Positions 10,625-24,530 are shown, numbered from the stretch's first letter. The stretch is 64,000 nucleotides of DNA from an uncultured Chloroflexia bacterium (GCA_963765765.1 CAVXYC010000015.1:1-64000), one strand, 5' to 3'. The notes: a model not told the origin generated them from the letters alone. Program-made: numbers and translations.

Positions 10625-13600
10625 ATGGAAGGCATCGCCCTCGCTCTGTTCATTTTCGCGTACTGGGGGCTCCTTGGTTACGCGGCCCTAGCGCTATTCC
10701 ATTCCCAGCGAAGTTGCTGCGAAATCAACTGTCTGGCTCCTTGCGTCGGGTTGGCCATATGCCTAACGACGACCGCGCCGATCAGCATGTTGGGCTTCTC
10801 ATTCCAGCAATTCGCACTCTGGTACGTCGTATCCAGTGTGTTGATTTCGGTGATAGTCCTTTTGGTCAGGCGGCCACGGTTCCCCGTTCGCCAATACATT
10901 CCATTCTTCGCAGTGTTTGTGGCGGCGCTCGCAGCCGTCGGGCGCCCATTGTTCGAGTTCGGTCTGGACTGGATCAGCCTTGCCAATGGGGACATGGCAA
11001 ACTACTCGCTGCTGGCACAGAGACTCATTGAACGTGGGTTCTTAGACGTTCCTGCCAAAGAGGACGTGGTGAACGGGAGCCATTACAGCTCGCTTTACTG
11101 GTTCATCCACGTTCCTGGGTTGAATAGAGCCGGTACCGATCTCATCATGGCCTTATTCAGCGCGACGACAGGTCTCAATGCGCATAGGGCATTCATGCCC
11201 ATGATGTTGGCGCTTCATGTTGTGTTGATCAGCGCGGGAGGCGCGATGACACTTCAATCACGATTCGATCGGCGAATTGCCATTGTTGTCGTGGTACTTT
11301 TGTCAACCTCAGCACTAACAGCGCTTGGGACGATAAGTCAGCTGATAGCGCAGGTGTCCGGGGGTGGCCCTCCTGCTCGGGTGTGCAGTCCTGCTAATGA
11401 GGGCATGGGATCGAGTCCCCAAGAATCGAGTGCTTCCGGAAGTGATAATTTCCGGTGCGTTTTTGCTGCAGCTCTGATAATGTATCCCGAAATAGTGCCG
11501 TTCCTAGGACTGGCTGCCGCCGCGTATCTGGTGATGTCACTTTGGAGTCGCCCCGCGGTTCGAGCGCCGTTCCTGACTCGATTTGGTTTGGCGATCATCA
11601 TGTCGATGGTTTTTGCCCACCGACTCACTGTGCACGCTGTGGGATATCTTTTTCAGCAACTTGTAGGCAGCGGAATCACCGGGTAAGCCGCCCAGCGATT
11701 ATTTTTCCTGATTTTTTAATTCCGAGTGGTCTTGCAGAGTTCTGGGGTTTTCAGGAGCGGGCTGCCTGCCTCCTAGCCGCTGATGAGCATTACGGTAGTG
11801 GCAGGAGCTGTACTCCTCGGACTGGCCGTAATAGGCGCGCTCGTTTGCGCATTCCGAACGCAAGCGTCAGGTCTGATCGCCTCCGCGATGATTGCATTTG
11901 CAGTGTTGCTGAGCGGTGCGCCGAAACGATTTCGGCTTATTTAAATTGGCGATGTTTATCCAGCCGTTTATTGTCGCTTCTTTGGTTGATTCCTTCTAAG
12001 AGGCCGAGGATCACGTTCTGGAACGTCGCGCCGATTGCACTCATTGGAGTATTTGGATTTTACGGTCATTTTCCGATACGTCGAGTCTAGTCGCGGATTG
12101 GGCACACAGTCTGAATTGCATTTGGGATCAGAATCTCGTGTTATGGCTCAGTTTGACCGATCAATACGTGAGGCTGCTCCACAACATGTCATCATCGATT
12201 CAGACAGCCCTGTCTTGGCGAAACTGCAGTCTCTATACGTAGATAATAATACGACTCGCTTTCTTTTGCTATTATCCTTATTCACAAATTATGAACGATT
12301 ATTTACAGAATCCTATAGCCAATAGACAAGTATTTATAACATTTGGCACTAACGACAAAGCTAATAATAATCTTGTCGAGTTGATTAGAGAAAATTATCG
12401 AAAAATTCCATTTAATGCCGGTACATATCCAAATAATGTGTATGTTGATAATACAATAGGTGCGAGTATAGATTCGAATCAAGATGGCTGCGTATTTGTA
12501 TCGACTTCAGGGTCTCATTCAATATTCAACAGGACGGCAGGTGAGAGTATTTCGACACCTGGCGTGTTCGCGACACAACGTTGTGATTGCGTTAGGAATC
12601 GTCTGATCTTCGTGAATTGCCGGAGTTGGGTGAGCCATACATTGCGAACTACCCTCAGAGCGTGTCGGAATCAATAGATTAGAATAGTCGGATATTTTTT
12701 ATCCTGGGTGCACGTTTGCCGGGCTTGGTCGGATCATCCTACTTCAGGTATTCAACCTACAGAACGCTTGCGTGTTGTTATGGAGGTTACGGCTACATTG
12801 AAGGCGGACGGCAAGTCGGGTTGCCTCCCATGACGGTGTCAGGTGCAGCAGACAACGGGTTCAGTGGCTTAGGCCGGGGGAAAGTCGCGCGTCTGGTCTC
12901 GGATCAGATCGAACCAGCGTTTGCCGACGGTCGCCATTTCATCCCAACTTGATCTGGGGGAGAGTGGGAAAATGTTCCCGTCAATTCGGAGCGGGCTGAT
13001 GGCCCTCGACGGCCAAGATGTACTGCTCGATCGCCGTAAGATTACGGTATTTGCTCGGTAATATCTCTGTGATTTCGGACGAGGATTACAAGACTTGGAG
13101 AGCGCCTTCGGAACTGCGTGCTTTCCCGTCTGATTTGCAGAATCCAATGCTCGAGTACTCCGGTTTGTATGAGGATGGCTGGGCGGGTGAGTGGTTTTAC
13201 GCTGTTCTACAGCCTACGCCCGATGCGCGAACGGTAACCGTGAAGGGCGAGGTTCCACAGATTGGTGACTCCGACTTTCACACTACCGCCCGCTACACTT
13301 CTCGTTGACTGGATCGGCTATCGCAAGTGAATTTCTTGGTGTTGGGTCGTATGAGCTACGTGGGCAGTCGCCGCCGGTGGCTCTGGGAATCGCCGGGTGG
13401 AGATGCAGGTCAGTGCTTTGCAGAACCTTCCCGTGTGACGGGAGGCCCCTAGCAACGCGTGTGCATGGCATCGAGTTTGGCAGAACGGGAGTATTGCACC
13501 GCCCGACATAGTCCTGGGGACAGGGGTGGTACGGTTACGAAGAGTTTGCCGGTGAGTCATTCCGCTGGGTGGGCGGCGAGAGCTTATTAACGTTGGATGG

Positions 13601-14316
13601 GCGGCGCACCTCTGAAACCTTGGAGCTTGAAGTTGCCCGGGGCCCAGGCGCCGACCCGGTCGAGCCTCACGCTAGCACTCGTGGATCAGGATGGAGTTGT
13701 GCTCGGGCGCAATCGAGTCACTGATCGCCAAGTCATTCGCTTTACAGTTCCAAGACTTGGCGATACGCCTGTTGATTTGAGATTGCGTCCTAGGGGACTG
13801 TTACAGGGCCAGCATCGCCGATAGATCCTCGACAGCTCGATTTTCGAGTATTCCGCATGGGCTGGGCGGAACCCGCGGACATTGTAGGCTCGGACATAGC
13901 ACTCGGTCCCGCTGGTATGACTATGAGACTTTCGGAGGCGAATCATTCCGCTGGGCCTGCCGGGAAGCAGAGCTTTCGATCTCGACAACGCCTCAGGTCG
14001 CACACACTCTGGAACTCGATGTCGCGTCCGCCTGACGGGAACGTCGGCGGGACTCGTCCTCGCCCTGGTTGATGATCAAGGAACGGTGCTCAGTCATGAG
14101 CCCGTTGCCGAACGACGCACGGTCACCTTTTCTGTGCCGCAAAGTACGGCCTCGCAGCAAACCCTCAAGCTCCGAGCGGAAGGAACCAGCTCTGGCCATG
14201 CCGCCCCTGGCGACCCGCGAGAGCTGGATTTTCGGGTGTTCAAGCTCCAATCGAGGGCCAACGCAATAAGTCAGACGCCCGCTAAGTCTCCGTATGTCAG
14301 CATGACCCACCATTGA
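10625..14316 (+). CDS. Large GT-C-like membrane protein with repeated C-terminal beta-sandwich modules (many frameshifts)
   Basis: N-terminal multi-TM region with NGDMANY and YPEIVP. Then SGLYEDGW and repeated DPRxLDFRVF endings near 13825 and 14215. Fragments tile the + strand through to the stop at 14316. Confidence 0.55.
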
Positions 14317-14743
14317 CGTTCCGGTGCCTGCTCTGGACGGAGGGATGAGTTTGAAACTATCCAACTCAATGATCCAACTACACGTCCCGGTAATTGGGGC
14401 GACGTGATATTCGTCCACGAGCGTAAGCATGACCGCTTGATGCCAGTGTTGTATTGCTACGCGGAGGAAGTTCAGAGTCGCCTCTAAGGTGAGCCAATGA
14501 ATCGTTTCTCAAACCGAATTAGACTGTCAACATTGAACTTTTCTGACTAGCTTGGAATCGTCATGCGGAAGAATACTATTCAATGGATGAGGTCTATTGG
14601 CGACTGCACACGTCATAGACCCAGGATGTGACGTTCAAGCTATTGCCATGGAATGGCCGGAAATCAGATACTCGTGCTACGCTGGCCCCGCGTTTGTTGG
14701 TGGTTTGGGCCTTGAGGTCTCTTGACCAGCGTCAAATCTACCT

Positions 14744-16094
14744 ATGCAGTTGTACTCGGAGAGCGTTTACCTGTCATGCTTGACCCAGCTCCGGAACTCA
14801 ATGACACGCAACCGGACTCAGAAGGCGTCGACGAGCGGCGAGGTGGCCGCTCGAACGGCGGGCGTACTGGAGCTCGCTGAGCAGATTACCGGGCAGACGG
14901 TTGACGTGGAGCGTCTCTCGCGGCTCCTCGAGGCTCGCACAAATGGCCGGATAGCGGTTGACGAGCTGTACGCGATGGTCGCGCTGATGGCTCAGCAGCA
15001 GTATGAACGGCTCGAGACGCGAGTGCAGACTCTTGAATCCACGGTCGGCTCGATCGACGGGCTATGGGAGAGCGCGCAGCGGTTCCAGGAAGCCACGATA
15101 GCTCAACGTTTGCAAGATGCGGAAGACAAGGCGGAAGCTCGCCTTCGCGTAATTGAAGAGCAGCAACGCGCCCTGGATGCTTACCGATTCTGGGACTGGC
15201 GGGCGCGCTTTCGGCGTGCAATTCGGCCGCGACTGGGGATTCTGTATCAGTACGACCCACAGCCCCTGCGAATCCCGAGCAAGTACGCGACGACGCTAGT
15301 GCCGCCCAATCCGCCGTCGATCTCCATTGTGACGCCCAGCTTTAGGAGCGGCGCGTTCCTGGAGCGGACACTCTGCAGCGTGCTTGATCAAGACTATCCG
15401 GAGTTAGAGCTGGTTGTTCAGGATGGTGGATCCAAAGACAATACTGCCGAGATTCTCGACTCCTACAAGGATCGACTCTCGGCCGCGGTGATCGAGCCCG
15501 ATGAAGGCCAAGCGGATGCGATTAACAGAGGTTTCGCTCGAACGTCCGGTGAGATCATGGCATACCTGAACGCTGACGACCTTCTTCTCCCCGGGCAGCA
15601 TGGCGTATGTCGCTCAGTACTTCCGCGATCATCCGGAGGTCGACGTCGTCTATGGGCATCGAGTGATCATCGATGAGTACGACGCCGAGATTGGTCGCTG
15701 GGTCATGCCACCCCATGACGACGAGGTACTCAAGTGGGTTGATTATCTGCCTCAGGAAACGATGTTCTGGCGCCGTACTCTCTGGGAGCGTGCCGGGGGG
15801 CACATCGATGCTTCAATGAAGTTTGCGATGGATTGGGAGCTCATCCTGAGATTCCAGGAGGCGCATGCCCATTTCACGCGACTTCCACGGTTTCTCGGTG
15901 CATTTCGCGTACATCCCCACCAGAAAACGTCCGCAGAGCTTGAAAACGTTGGACTCGCTGAAATGGAGCGGCTGCGTACTGGCGTTCATTCGCGTCGGAT
16001 AAGTCCGATGGAAGCTTACCGGGAGGCGCGAAGGTATCTGCTGCGTCACCGGCTCCACCACTGGGGGTGGCGACTAGGGATCCTACGCTACTGA
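14744..16094 (+). CDS. GT2 glycosyltransferase with N-terminal coiled coil (frameshift near 15595)
   Basis: ISIVTPSF, DGGSKD, GQADAINRGF, YLNADD, then PQETMFWRR, MDWELILR and FRVHPHQKT. Confidence 0.88.
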
Positions 16095-16231
16095 TCCATC
16101 CTCAGGGCATGGCAATCTAACTGCGAGATCGCGTTCCGAACGGCTCGCTGGAAGGCTGGAGAGACTCGCGGCGTATTTGCGTGCGGGAGCCGTGGGACGC
16201 GAAATTTAAAAGTGCCCCCCATTGGATCGAG

Positions 16232-18442
<2,211 letters not shown>

Positions 18443-18614
18443 TCCGTTGTGGCGGACGACAGCCCTCAATCAAGCAAGCAGCCTGGCGACTCTCGAAGGC
18501 TGAGCACAAGATTGGTAATCAATCGATCGCGCGGCTCGTGGTAGAACGCGAAAGGCTGGGTGACGCCTCGAGTTGAATCTCAGGATGGATACCGTAGCGA
18601 CAGGCGGGGCACAT

Positions 18615-19772
18615 ATGACTCAAGCCGCAACCGTCCACGATCACGCCTGGGCCAGCGAATGCGTCATCTGCGCTACGGCGCTCGATGGGTTCGCCAGCCT
18701 TCCGTTTCGTCTCATGGGCGTGTCGCGTAGCGCTCGCAACCCCAACCTCTGCAATCGCTGCAATACGCATGCGGAGGAAGGCCGCGTCGCAGAGATCACC
18801 GTGCTGTTCGCGGACCTCTCATCATTCACGGAGCTCACTCATGAGCTTGGCCCGGAGCGAACGCACGAGGTTGTCGATGCCTTCCTGCAGATGGCGACGT
18901 ACTGCCTGGTTCGCCACGACGCGTTCATCGACAAATACGTCGGTGATGCAGTGATGGCCTTCTTCAATGTCCCCATCCGTAGAGTAGACCACTCTGCCCG
19001 TGCGGTTGCCGCGGCCCAAGATATCCTGGCGGGAATCCCGGCGCTCAACGAGCGTTTCGACTTGAACCTCAACGCGGTCGTATCCATCGCCGCCGGCTTC
19101 GCGCGGGTAGGCCGGCTCGGCTCATCGGATGGAAAGGACTACACCGCCATAGGCGAGGTGGTTAACCTTGCCGCCAGGCTGGAGGGTGTAGCACGTCGCG
19201 GCGAGATCGTCGTGGATGAAACAGTCTATTCGGCGGTGACGTCTGAAATCGGTGCCGTCACCGCTGAAGCTGTGAACCTGAAAGGTTTCAAGGGTCCCGT
19301 CCATGCCTATCGCATTGGCGTTGTCCCTGGCGCTCGGGCCATAGGCAGCACTATTTCAAGCAGCAGCGCGGACGAGCCCCGCATGCTGGTGACTCGACTC
19401 GGCTCGCTGGTGTTCGGGATTCTCGGAGCACCATGCGCCATCGGCACGCTCATTGGACCGCTGGCGGTGGCCGTCGGAGCGGGAGCGCTCTTCGGGACAC
19501 TTGCGTCCACTGTCTTCGATGTGCTGGATACCGCTCCCATTCGAATTCCGACACTCATCCTCGGCACGGTAGGGGCTATGGCCAATCTCTACACCGTCTG
19601 GCACGCTCGCCAGATTCGAAAGAGCGCTGCCGCGGGGAGTCCGCTTTCGATGACCACCACCCACGAGCGTCGCAGAGCCCGCATCGTGATTACGCTTGCT
19701 GTGTTGACGCTCGCGGTTATTTTCTTTGAGCTCTACGCCCATTCCAACATCATGGGCCGCTCCTGGCCGTAG
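18615..19772 (+). CDS. Class III adenylate cyclase with N-terminal CxxC-CxxC Zn ribbon and C-terminal 3-TM domain
   Basis: VLFADLSSFT, DKYVGDAVMA, YTAIGEVVNLAARLE. CVIC...CNRC at the N-terminus. Hydrophobic C-terminal segments. Confidence 0.88.
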   Translation: MTQAATVHDHAWASECVICATALDGFASLPFRLMGVSRSARNPNLCNRCNTHAEEGRVAEITVLFADLSSFTELTHELGPERTHEVVDAFLQMATYCLVRHDAFIDKYVGDAVMAFFNVPIRRVDHSARAVAAAQDILAGIPALNERFDLNLNAVVSIAAGFARVGRLGSSDGKDYTAIGEVVNLAARLEGVARRGEIVVDETVYSAVTSEIGAVTAEAVNLKGFKGPVHAYRIGVVPGARAIGSTISSSSADEPRMLVTRLGSLVFGILGAPCAIGTLIGPLAVAVGAGALFGTLASTVFDVLDTAPIRIPTLILGTVGAMANLYTVWHARQIRKSAAAGSPLSMTTTHERRRARIVITLAVLTLAVIFFELYAHSNIMGRSWP

Positions 19773-19893
19773 GGATCTTCGCTATTGGTCGGACGGTCCC
19801 AGACACTCCAAACGGCCGTGGTAGTTTGTTGACACGGGCACTCAGGCCCGACTCTTGCCAGTGTGAGGGAGTCACATCAGAAGTGAGTGGGGT

Positions 19894-20838
19894 ATGCCAC
19901 CCAAGCGCGTTTACGTAGTCATCAATCCCGCGGCCGGTCAGGACCGGCCAGTTCTCGCGATCTTGAATCGCGCCTTTCGTGGGGCGAATCTGGATTGGGA
20001 TATCGGTATCACCAAAGCCGAAGGCGACGCTGCACGCCTCGCTCGCTCCGCATGCGAAGCCGGGTACGATACCATCGCGGCTCTCGGTGGTGACGGTACC
20101 GTTATGGAAGTCGCGAGCAGCCTGGTAGGGAGGGAAACACCCCTCGCCATCTTGCCCGGCGGTACGGCTAATGTGATGTCAGTGGAGCTCGGAGTACCCA
20201 GCGATCTGACGCTGGCAACGTCGCTTATCACCGGACCGCACGAGATACGGGCGATCGATGTAGGGCATCTCCAGAATCGCAACTTCCTCTTACGGGTTGG
20301 TATCGGTCTCGAGGCTGCAATGGTCCAGGGAGCAGAGCGGGAGCTCAAGGACAGGGTCGGTGTGCTCGCTTACGGGGTCTCGGCCGTGCAGGCGTTGCGG
20401 GAGCCCATGCTCTCCCACTATCAGATCGTGCTGGATGGTGAGATTGTTGAGATCAACGGCGTCGGCTGCGTCATAGCAAACGTTGGAAGCGTCGGGCAGG
20501 GGCAGTTCTCAATACTCCCGGATATTTCCGTCGATGACGGCCTACTGGACGTCATTGTTTTCGAACGCGCGGATCTCGCCAGTGTGCTCAGCGTGGCCAC
20601 GTCAATGATTCGGGGAATCCCAGCGGAGCAGGGGGTACAGCGTTGGAAGGCGCGCGAGGTCACAGTACTGGCGGATCCTGAACAGCCAGTTCAGGTCGAT
20701 GGGGAGATCATTGAGCCCGGCCCCATCAGCGTGTGGGTGGAGCCAGGTGCTCTGCGTGTCATCGTGCCGGCAGTCGCTTTGCCTCTAGGTGAGGACCCGG
20801 TCGTCGGCTCAGAAACTGTAGCCCGACCTGGACTTTAG
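19894..20838 (+). CDS. Diacylglycerol/lipid kinase family (YegS/DgkB-like)
   Basis: INPAAG, GGDGTVMEV, LPGGTAN, DDGLLDV, QVDGE. Confidence 0.92.
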   Translation: MPPKRVYVVINPAAGQDRPVLAILNRAFRGANLDWDIGITKAEGDAARLARSACEAGYDTIAALGGDGTVMEVASSLVGRETPLAILPGGTANVMSVELGVPSDLTLATSLITGPHEIRAIDVGHLQNRNFLLRVGIGLEAAMVQGAERELKDRVGVLAYGVSAVQALREPMLSHYQIVLDGEIVEINGVGCVIANVGSVGQGQFSILPDISVDDGLLDVIVFERADLASVLSVATSMIRGIPAEQGVQRWKAREVTVLADPEQPVQVDGEIIEPGPISVWVEPGALRVIVPAVALPLGEDPVVGSETVARPGL

Positions 20839-22553
20839 CCGCGTGCGACGTCTCTAAAGCCATTGGTGATCGGCAATCGTCGATCACGGCCAAAGGCGCG
20901 TGCCGTGATCTTCACCCCCGGGGGCGCCTGCCGCCGTTTGTACTCGCTGAGATCCACAAGCCTAATGACCCGGCTCACAACATCCGGGTCAAAGCCTTGA
21001 CGCACGATCTCGTCGAAGCTCAAGTCCTCTTCCACATAGCTCTGTAGGATCGGATCGAGGATCGCGTACGCTGGCAGGCTATCCTCATCTTTTTGATCAG
21101 GTCGCAGCTCAGCCGATGGCGGCTTCACCAGCACGTCTCGCGGAATGACGTCCTTGCCCTCCACGCGGTTACGGTACTCGCAGACTTCATAGACGAGGGT
21201 CTTCGGCACGTCCTTGATCACCGCGAATCCGCCAGCCATGTCGCCATAAAGCGTGGCATATCCAGTCGCCATCTCACTCTTGTTGCCAGTGGTGAGCACC
21301 AACCAGCCAAACTTGTTTGATATTGACATAAGGAGCATCCCCCGGATGCGGGCCTGAAGGTTTTCCTCGGCAACATTCGGCTCCGTGCCTTCGAACACCG
21401 GTGCCAGCATTGAGAGATAGGCCTGGAACGCTGGCTCAATTGAGATTGTGTGAAGCGTAATCCCGAGATTCTCCGCTAAACGTTGGGCGTCACTTTTACT
21501 TCCGCTACTCGAGTATCTTGACGGCATGGATACGCCCACAACTCGATCCGGTCCAAGAGCATCGGCCGCCACGGCGGCAACCAGACTGGAATCGATGCCT
21601 CCGGAGAGCCCAATGAGCACTGAGCCGAATCCGTTCTTCGTCACGTAGTCGCGCGTGCCTAGCACCAGCGCTTTGTAGACCTCTTCCGCTCGCTCCAGCA
21701 CAGGCGGCTGAGTGCGGGCTGGCAGCGTCCCTTTTGGCCCCATGTCAGGAAGAGTCACCTCAACTGTAGGCAACACATTGAGGTCGAAGTTGCGCCAGCG
21801 TGGGTCGCGTAGTCGCTCGCGGAACACTGAGTCCAGGTCGACATCGCAGATAATGAGCTCTTCATCGAATGCTGTTCCGCGACAGATGGCCGTACCGTGC
21901 TGGTTATAGACGGTACTCTGCCCATCGAATACCAGCTCGTCCTGGCCACCCACCATATTCAGGTACACCAGGACGGCAGCACTGTCGCTGGCACGCGTGC
22001 CCAGCATGCGGTCTCGCTCTTTTGATTTGCCCAGATGGTACGGCGAGGCATTGATGTTGACGATAAGCTCGGCGCCCGCGGCAGACTGAACTGAGGCAGG
22101 CCCAGTCGGATACCAGATGTCTTCGCAGACATTGACCGCGAAAACGTCATCCCCAAGCTTGAAAAGCGGTCCCGGCCCGCCCGGCCGGAAATATCGCTCC
22201 TCGTCGAAGACACCATAGTTCGGTAGTCGCTCTTTCCGGCAGATACCCACAACGTTACCGTCGCAGATCACGGCGGCCGCGTTGTACACGGCTTCCGCAG
22301 CCTCCGGATATCCCACCACCACCAGGATGTCCTGGCTTGCGGAGACTATTTCATGCAACGCCGCCTCGCACTGACGCAGAAAGCTGGGCTTCAAGAGTAG
22401 GTCTTCGGGGGGATAACCACACACCGCTAGTTCTGGGAAAGCCACCAGGTCCGCGCCGTCAGCGCGAGCACGTCGAACGTAGTCAATGACCTTCGCGGTG
22501 TTCCCCGCGATATCTCCAACGGTGGAATTCATCTGGGCGAGTGCGAGACGCAT
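20835..22553 (-). CDS. nadE: Glutamine-dependent NAD+ synthetase
   Basis: Nitrilase domain (FPELAVCGYPPED, LPNYGVFDE, VCEDIW) plus SGGIDSS, ENLQARIRG, TGNKSE and SEYKRRQAPPG. Confidence 0.96.
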   Translation of the reverse strand: MRLALAQMNSTVGDIAGNTAKVIDYVRRARADGADLVAFPELAVCGYPPEDLLLKPSFLRQCEAALHEIVSASQDILVVVGYPEAAEAVYNAAAVICDGNVVGICRKERLPNYGVFDEERYFRPGGPGPLFKLGDDVFAVNVCEDIWYPTGPASVQSAAGAELIVNINASPYHLGKSKERDRMLGTRASDSAAVLVYLNMVGGQDELVFDGQSTVYNQHGTAICRGTAFDEELIICDVDLDSVFRERLRDPRWRNFDLNVLPTVEVTLPDMGPKGTLPARTQPPVLERAEEVYKALVLGTRDYVTKNGFGSVLIGLSGGIDSSLVAAVAADALGPDRVVGVSMPSRYSSSGSKSDAQRLAENLGITLHTISIEPAFQAYLSMLAPVFEGTEPNVAEENLQARIRGMLLMSISNKFGWLVLTTGNKSEMATGYATLYGDMAGGFAVIKDVPKTLVYEVCEYRNRVEGKDVIPRDVLVKPPSAELRPDQKDEDSLPAYAILDPILQSYVEEDLSFDEIVRQGFDPDVVSRVIRLVDLSEYKRRQAPPGVKITARAFGRDRRLPITNGFRDVARG

Positions 22554-22686
22554 AAGACCTCGTTGATTGGAGCTAGGGCCAGGAGAGTGGGCGGAGCATG
22601 CGCACGCACACCCCTTAACGACCTTAATTAGTGTACTTCAGAGTCAATCCGGCGCCCTGCCAGCCATTGATAGCCGCATGAGCGCG

Positions 22687-22692
22687 TACAAT
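22687..22692 (+). promoter_or_regulatory. -10 hexamer TACAAT 7 nt upstream of a GTG start (leaderless transcript candidate)
   Basis: TACAAT-ACCGTTC-GTG, with no SD-like sequence. Confidence 0.5.
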
Positions 22693-22699
22693 ACCGTTC

Positions 22700-22975
22700 G
22701 TGCCAACGTTGAAATATGAGCCGCTAGCAGAACACTTGGCGGCGCTCCCGTCCATGCAAAAGCGCGTCGTCATCTCATTTCAGAAGATCGAGTCGATACT
22801 CGGGGCGCCGTTGCCCGCCTCGGCTCGAAAATATGAGGAGTGGTGGATCGGCGGACGCCGCTGGACCCGTGTAGAGAACTCGCAGGTACAGGAGCGTGCC
22901 TGGCACGGAGTGGGCTGGTCCGTGGATGACGTTGATCCAAAACTCGGGCTGGTTACATTTCGCCGTCAGGGATAG
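22700..22975 (+). CDS. DUF7662-like small protein
   Basis: KYEPLAEHL...ISFQKIESILGAPLPASAR...WW...AWHGVGW...VTFRR family pattern. Confidence 0.7.
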   Translation: MPTLKYEPLAEHLAALPSMQKRVVISFQKIESILGAPLPASARKYEEWWIGGRRWTRVENSQVQERAWHGVGWSVDDVDPKLGLVTFRRQG

Positions 22976-23065
22976 AACTCGGAAAATTCCGGAGTATGAT
23001 GGCACCGTTTGAATTGTTCATTCGGTGCAGCATGATCATCGGCATATCCAATTGGCGACGATCGC

Positions 23066-24301
23066 GTGGCTGAGTCTCTGCAGCCGTCCAGCGCATCACC
23101 GGAACAATCTCGCTCCACCAGCTTCGTCCTTTTTCTGGTCATCGTCGCTCAGTCCATAACCTTCCTGAGTCTTTCGTTCGCACAGGGCTTTCTTCCCTTC
23201 TATCTCACCCAGGACCTCGGCGTGCCTGATGGGGAGCCGCTGGCCCTCTGGATTGGCGCAACCTCCGCGGTCGGCCCGCTCATGGTTGTCCTGTGGAGCC
23301 CGCTCTGGGGTGTGCTTTCGGATCGCTTCGGTCAGAAACCCATGATGGTGCGCGCGCTCGTCGGCAGCGGGCTTCTCCTGGCCATGAACGCGCTGGCGCA
23401 GGATCCGTGGCAATTTCTGGTTATCCGTCTCCTGTCCGGTATTGCCACAGGTGTCAACGCACCTACCATTGGACTCATCAGTGTGCTGGTGCCACGTGAG
23501 CGCCTTGGTCGAAGCTTGGGCTGGGCACAAACAGGTCGCGTCATCGGCATGAGTATCGGCCCCGTCATGGGCGGTGTTGCAGGTGATCTCGTAGGGTTTC
23601 GGGCCGCCTTCCTGGTGGCGGGCGTCATTGCGCTGTGCGCCTCGGCTCTTCTCATCCTTTATGTGCCCAATCCGCAGGCCGGTGAGCGGCGGCGACCCAC
23701 CAGTGGACTGCTGGACGGTTTCAAATACGTCGGGTCCAATCGTCAGCTCACCCTCGCCATCACACTCATTTACCTGGGTCAGCTCGGCGATAGCCTAGTT
23801 ACGCCGTTTATTCCTATTCGGATTCGCGATCTGGCGATGGACCGAACGAACATCGCCAGCCTGGCGGGTCTCGTGGTTTCGGCAGGTGCATTCTCAACCG
23901 CGTTTGGCGGTGTGTTGGCAGCAAGGTGGTCCGAAAGAGTCGGTTACGTCCTTCCACTAACGCTTGCGGCCATCGGCGGAAGCATTGTGCAGTTTGCTCA
24001 GGCGTTCGCCAACAGCCCGGAGACGCTCTTTGGCCTCAGGCTGCTCATGGGGCTCGTATTCGGCGGCACGCTTCCGCTTCTGAACGCCATTGCTGGCGTC
24101 CAGGTTCCGTCGGATCGTCGCGGCGTAGTCTTTGGCGTTACAACGAGCGCAAATGCCGGATCTAACCTGACCGGTCCTTTGATAGGGTCAGTTCTGTTTA
24201 CGCTCTTCAGTTACCGCGCCCCATGGATAGCCGGAGCCGGGGTGCTGCTGCTCACGGCCGTGCTAATCAAGCGAGGTATCCGCGAGCCAATTGAGAAATA
24301 A
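23066..24301 (+). CDS. MFS transporter (DHA1/MdtG-like)
   Basis: 12 TMs, motif A WGVLSDRFGQK, GPVMGG, RRGVVFG. Confidence 0.92.
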   Translation: MAESLQPSSASPEQSRSTSFVLFLVIVAQSITFLSLSFAQGFLPFYLTQDLGVPDGEPLALWIGATSAVGPLMVVLWSPLWGVLSDRFGQKPMMVRALVGSGLLLAMNALAQDPWQFLVIRLLSGIATGVNAPTIGLISVLVPRERLGRSLGWAQTGRVIGMSIGPVMGGVAGDLVGFRAAFLVAGVIALCASALLILYVPNPQAGERRRPTSGLLDGFKYVGSNRQLTLAITLIYLGQLGDSLVTPFIPIRIRDLAMDRTNIASLAGLVVSAGAFSTAFGGVLAARWSERVGYVLPLTLAAIGGSIVQFAQAFANSPETLFGLRLLMGLVFGGTLPLLNAIAGVQVPSDRRGVVFGVTTSANAGSNLTGPLIGSVLFTLFSYRAPWIAGAGVLLLTAVLIKRGIREPIEK

Positions 24302-24360
24302 GCCATGTCCCGACACTAAGTGATTCTGACCTACGCCGTGTGTCCCCAGAGTGGCCGGCT

Positions 24361-24530
24361 TGATACAATGGCACCAGCGATGAGCGAAGACCTTTCTGAC
24401 AGTAGACGCTACGGGCCATCGCGTCCCCTCGCGCTGGAGTCTGCTCCACGCGCCCTCGGCTAAGTCCGCCCCCGCGGCACTAGCCGCGGTCGCTTCCGGA
24501 ACGCCCTCCTGACGGGAGGGCGTTTGTGTG
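24361..24530 (+). promoter_or_regulatory. mgtE 5' leader: extended -10, 27-codon uORF and two hairpins (candidate attenuator)
   Basis: TGaTACAAT at 24361-24369. ATG 24380..TAA 24463. Hairpins CCGCGGC-ACTA-GCCGCGG (24472-24489) and AACGCCCTCC-TGACG-GGAGGGCGTT (24500-24524) followed by TGTGTG. Confidence 0.55.

Noticed and set aside
24370-24530. M-box (ykoK) riboswitch
   Set aside because: The position fits, but I could not find the conserved M-box sequence blocks by eye. It is reported as an unclassified leader instead.
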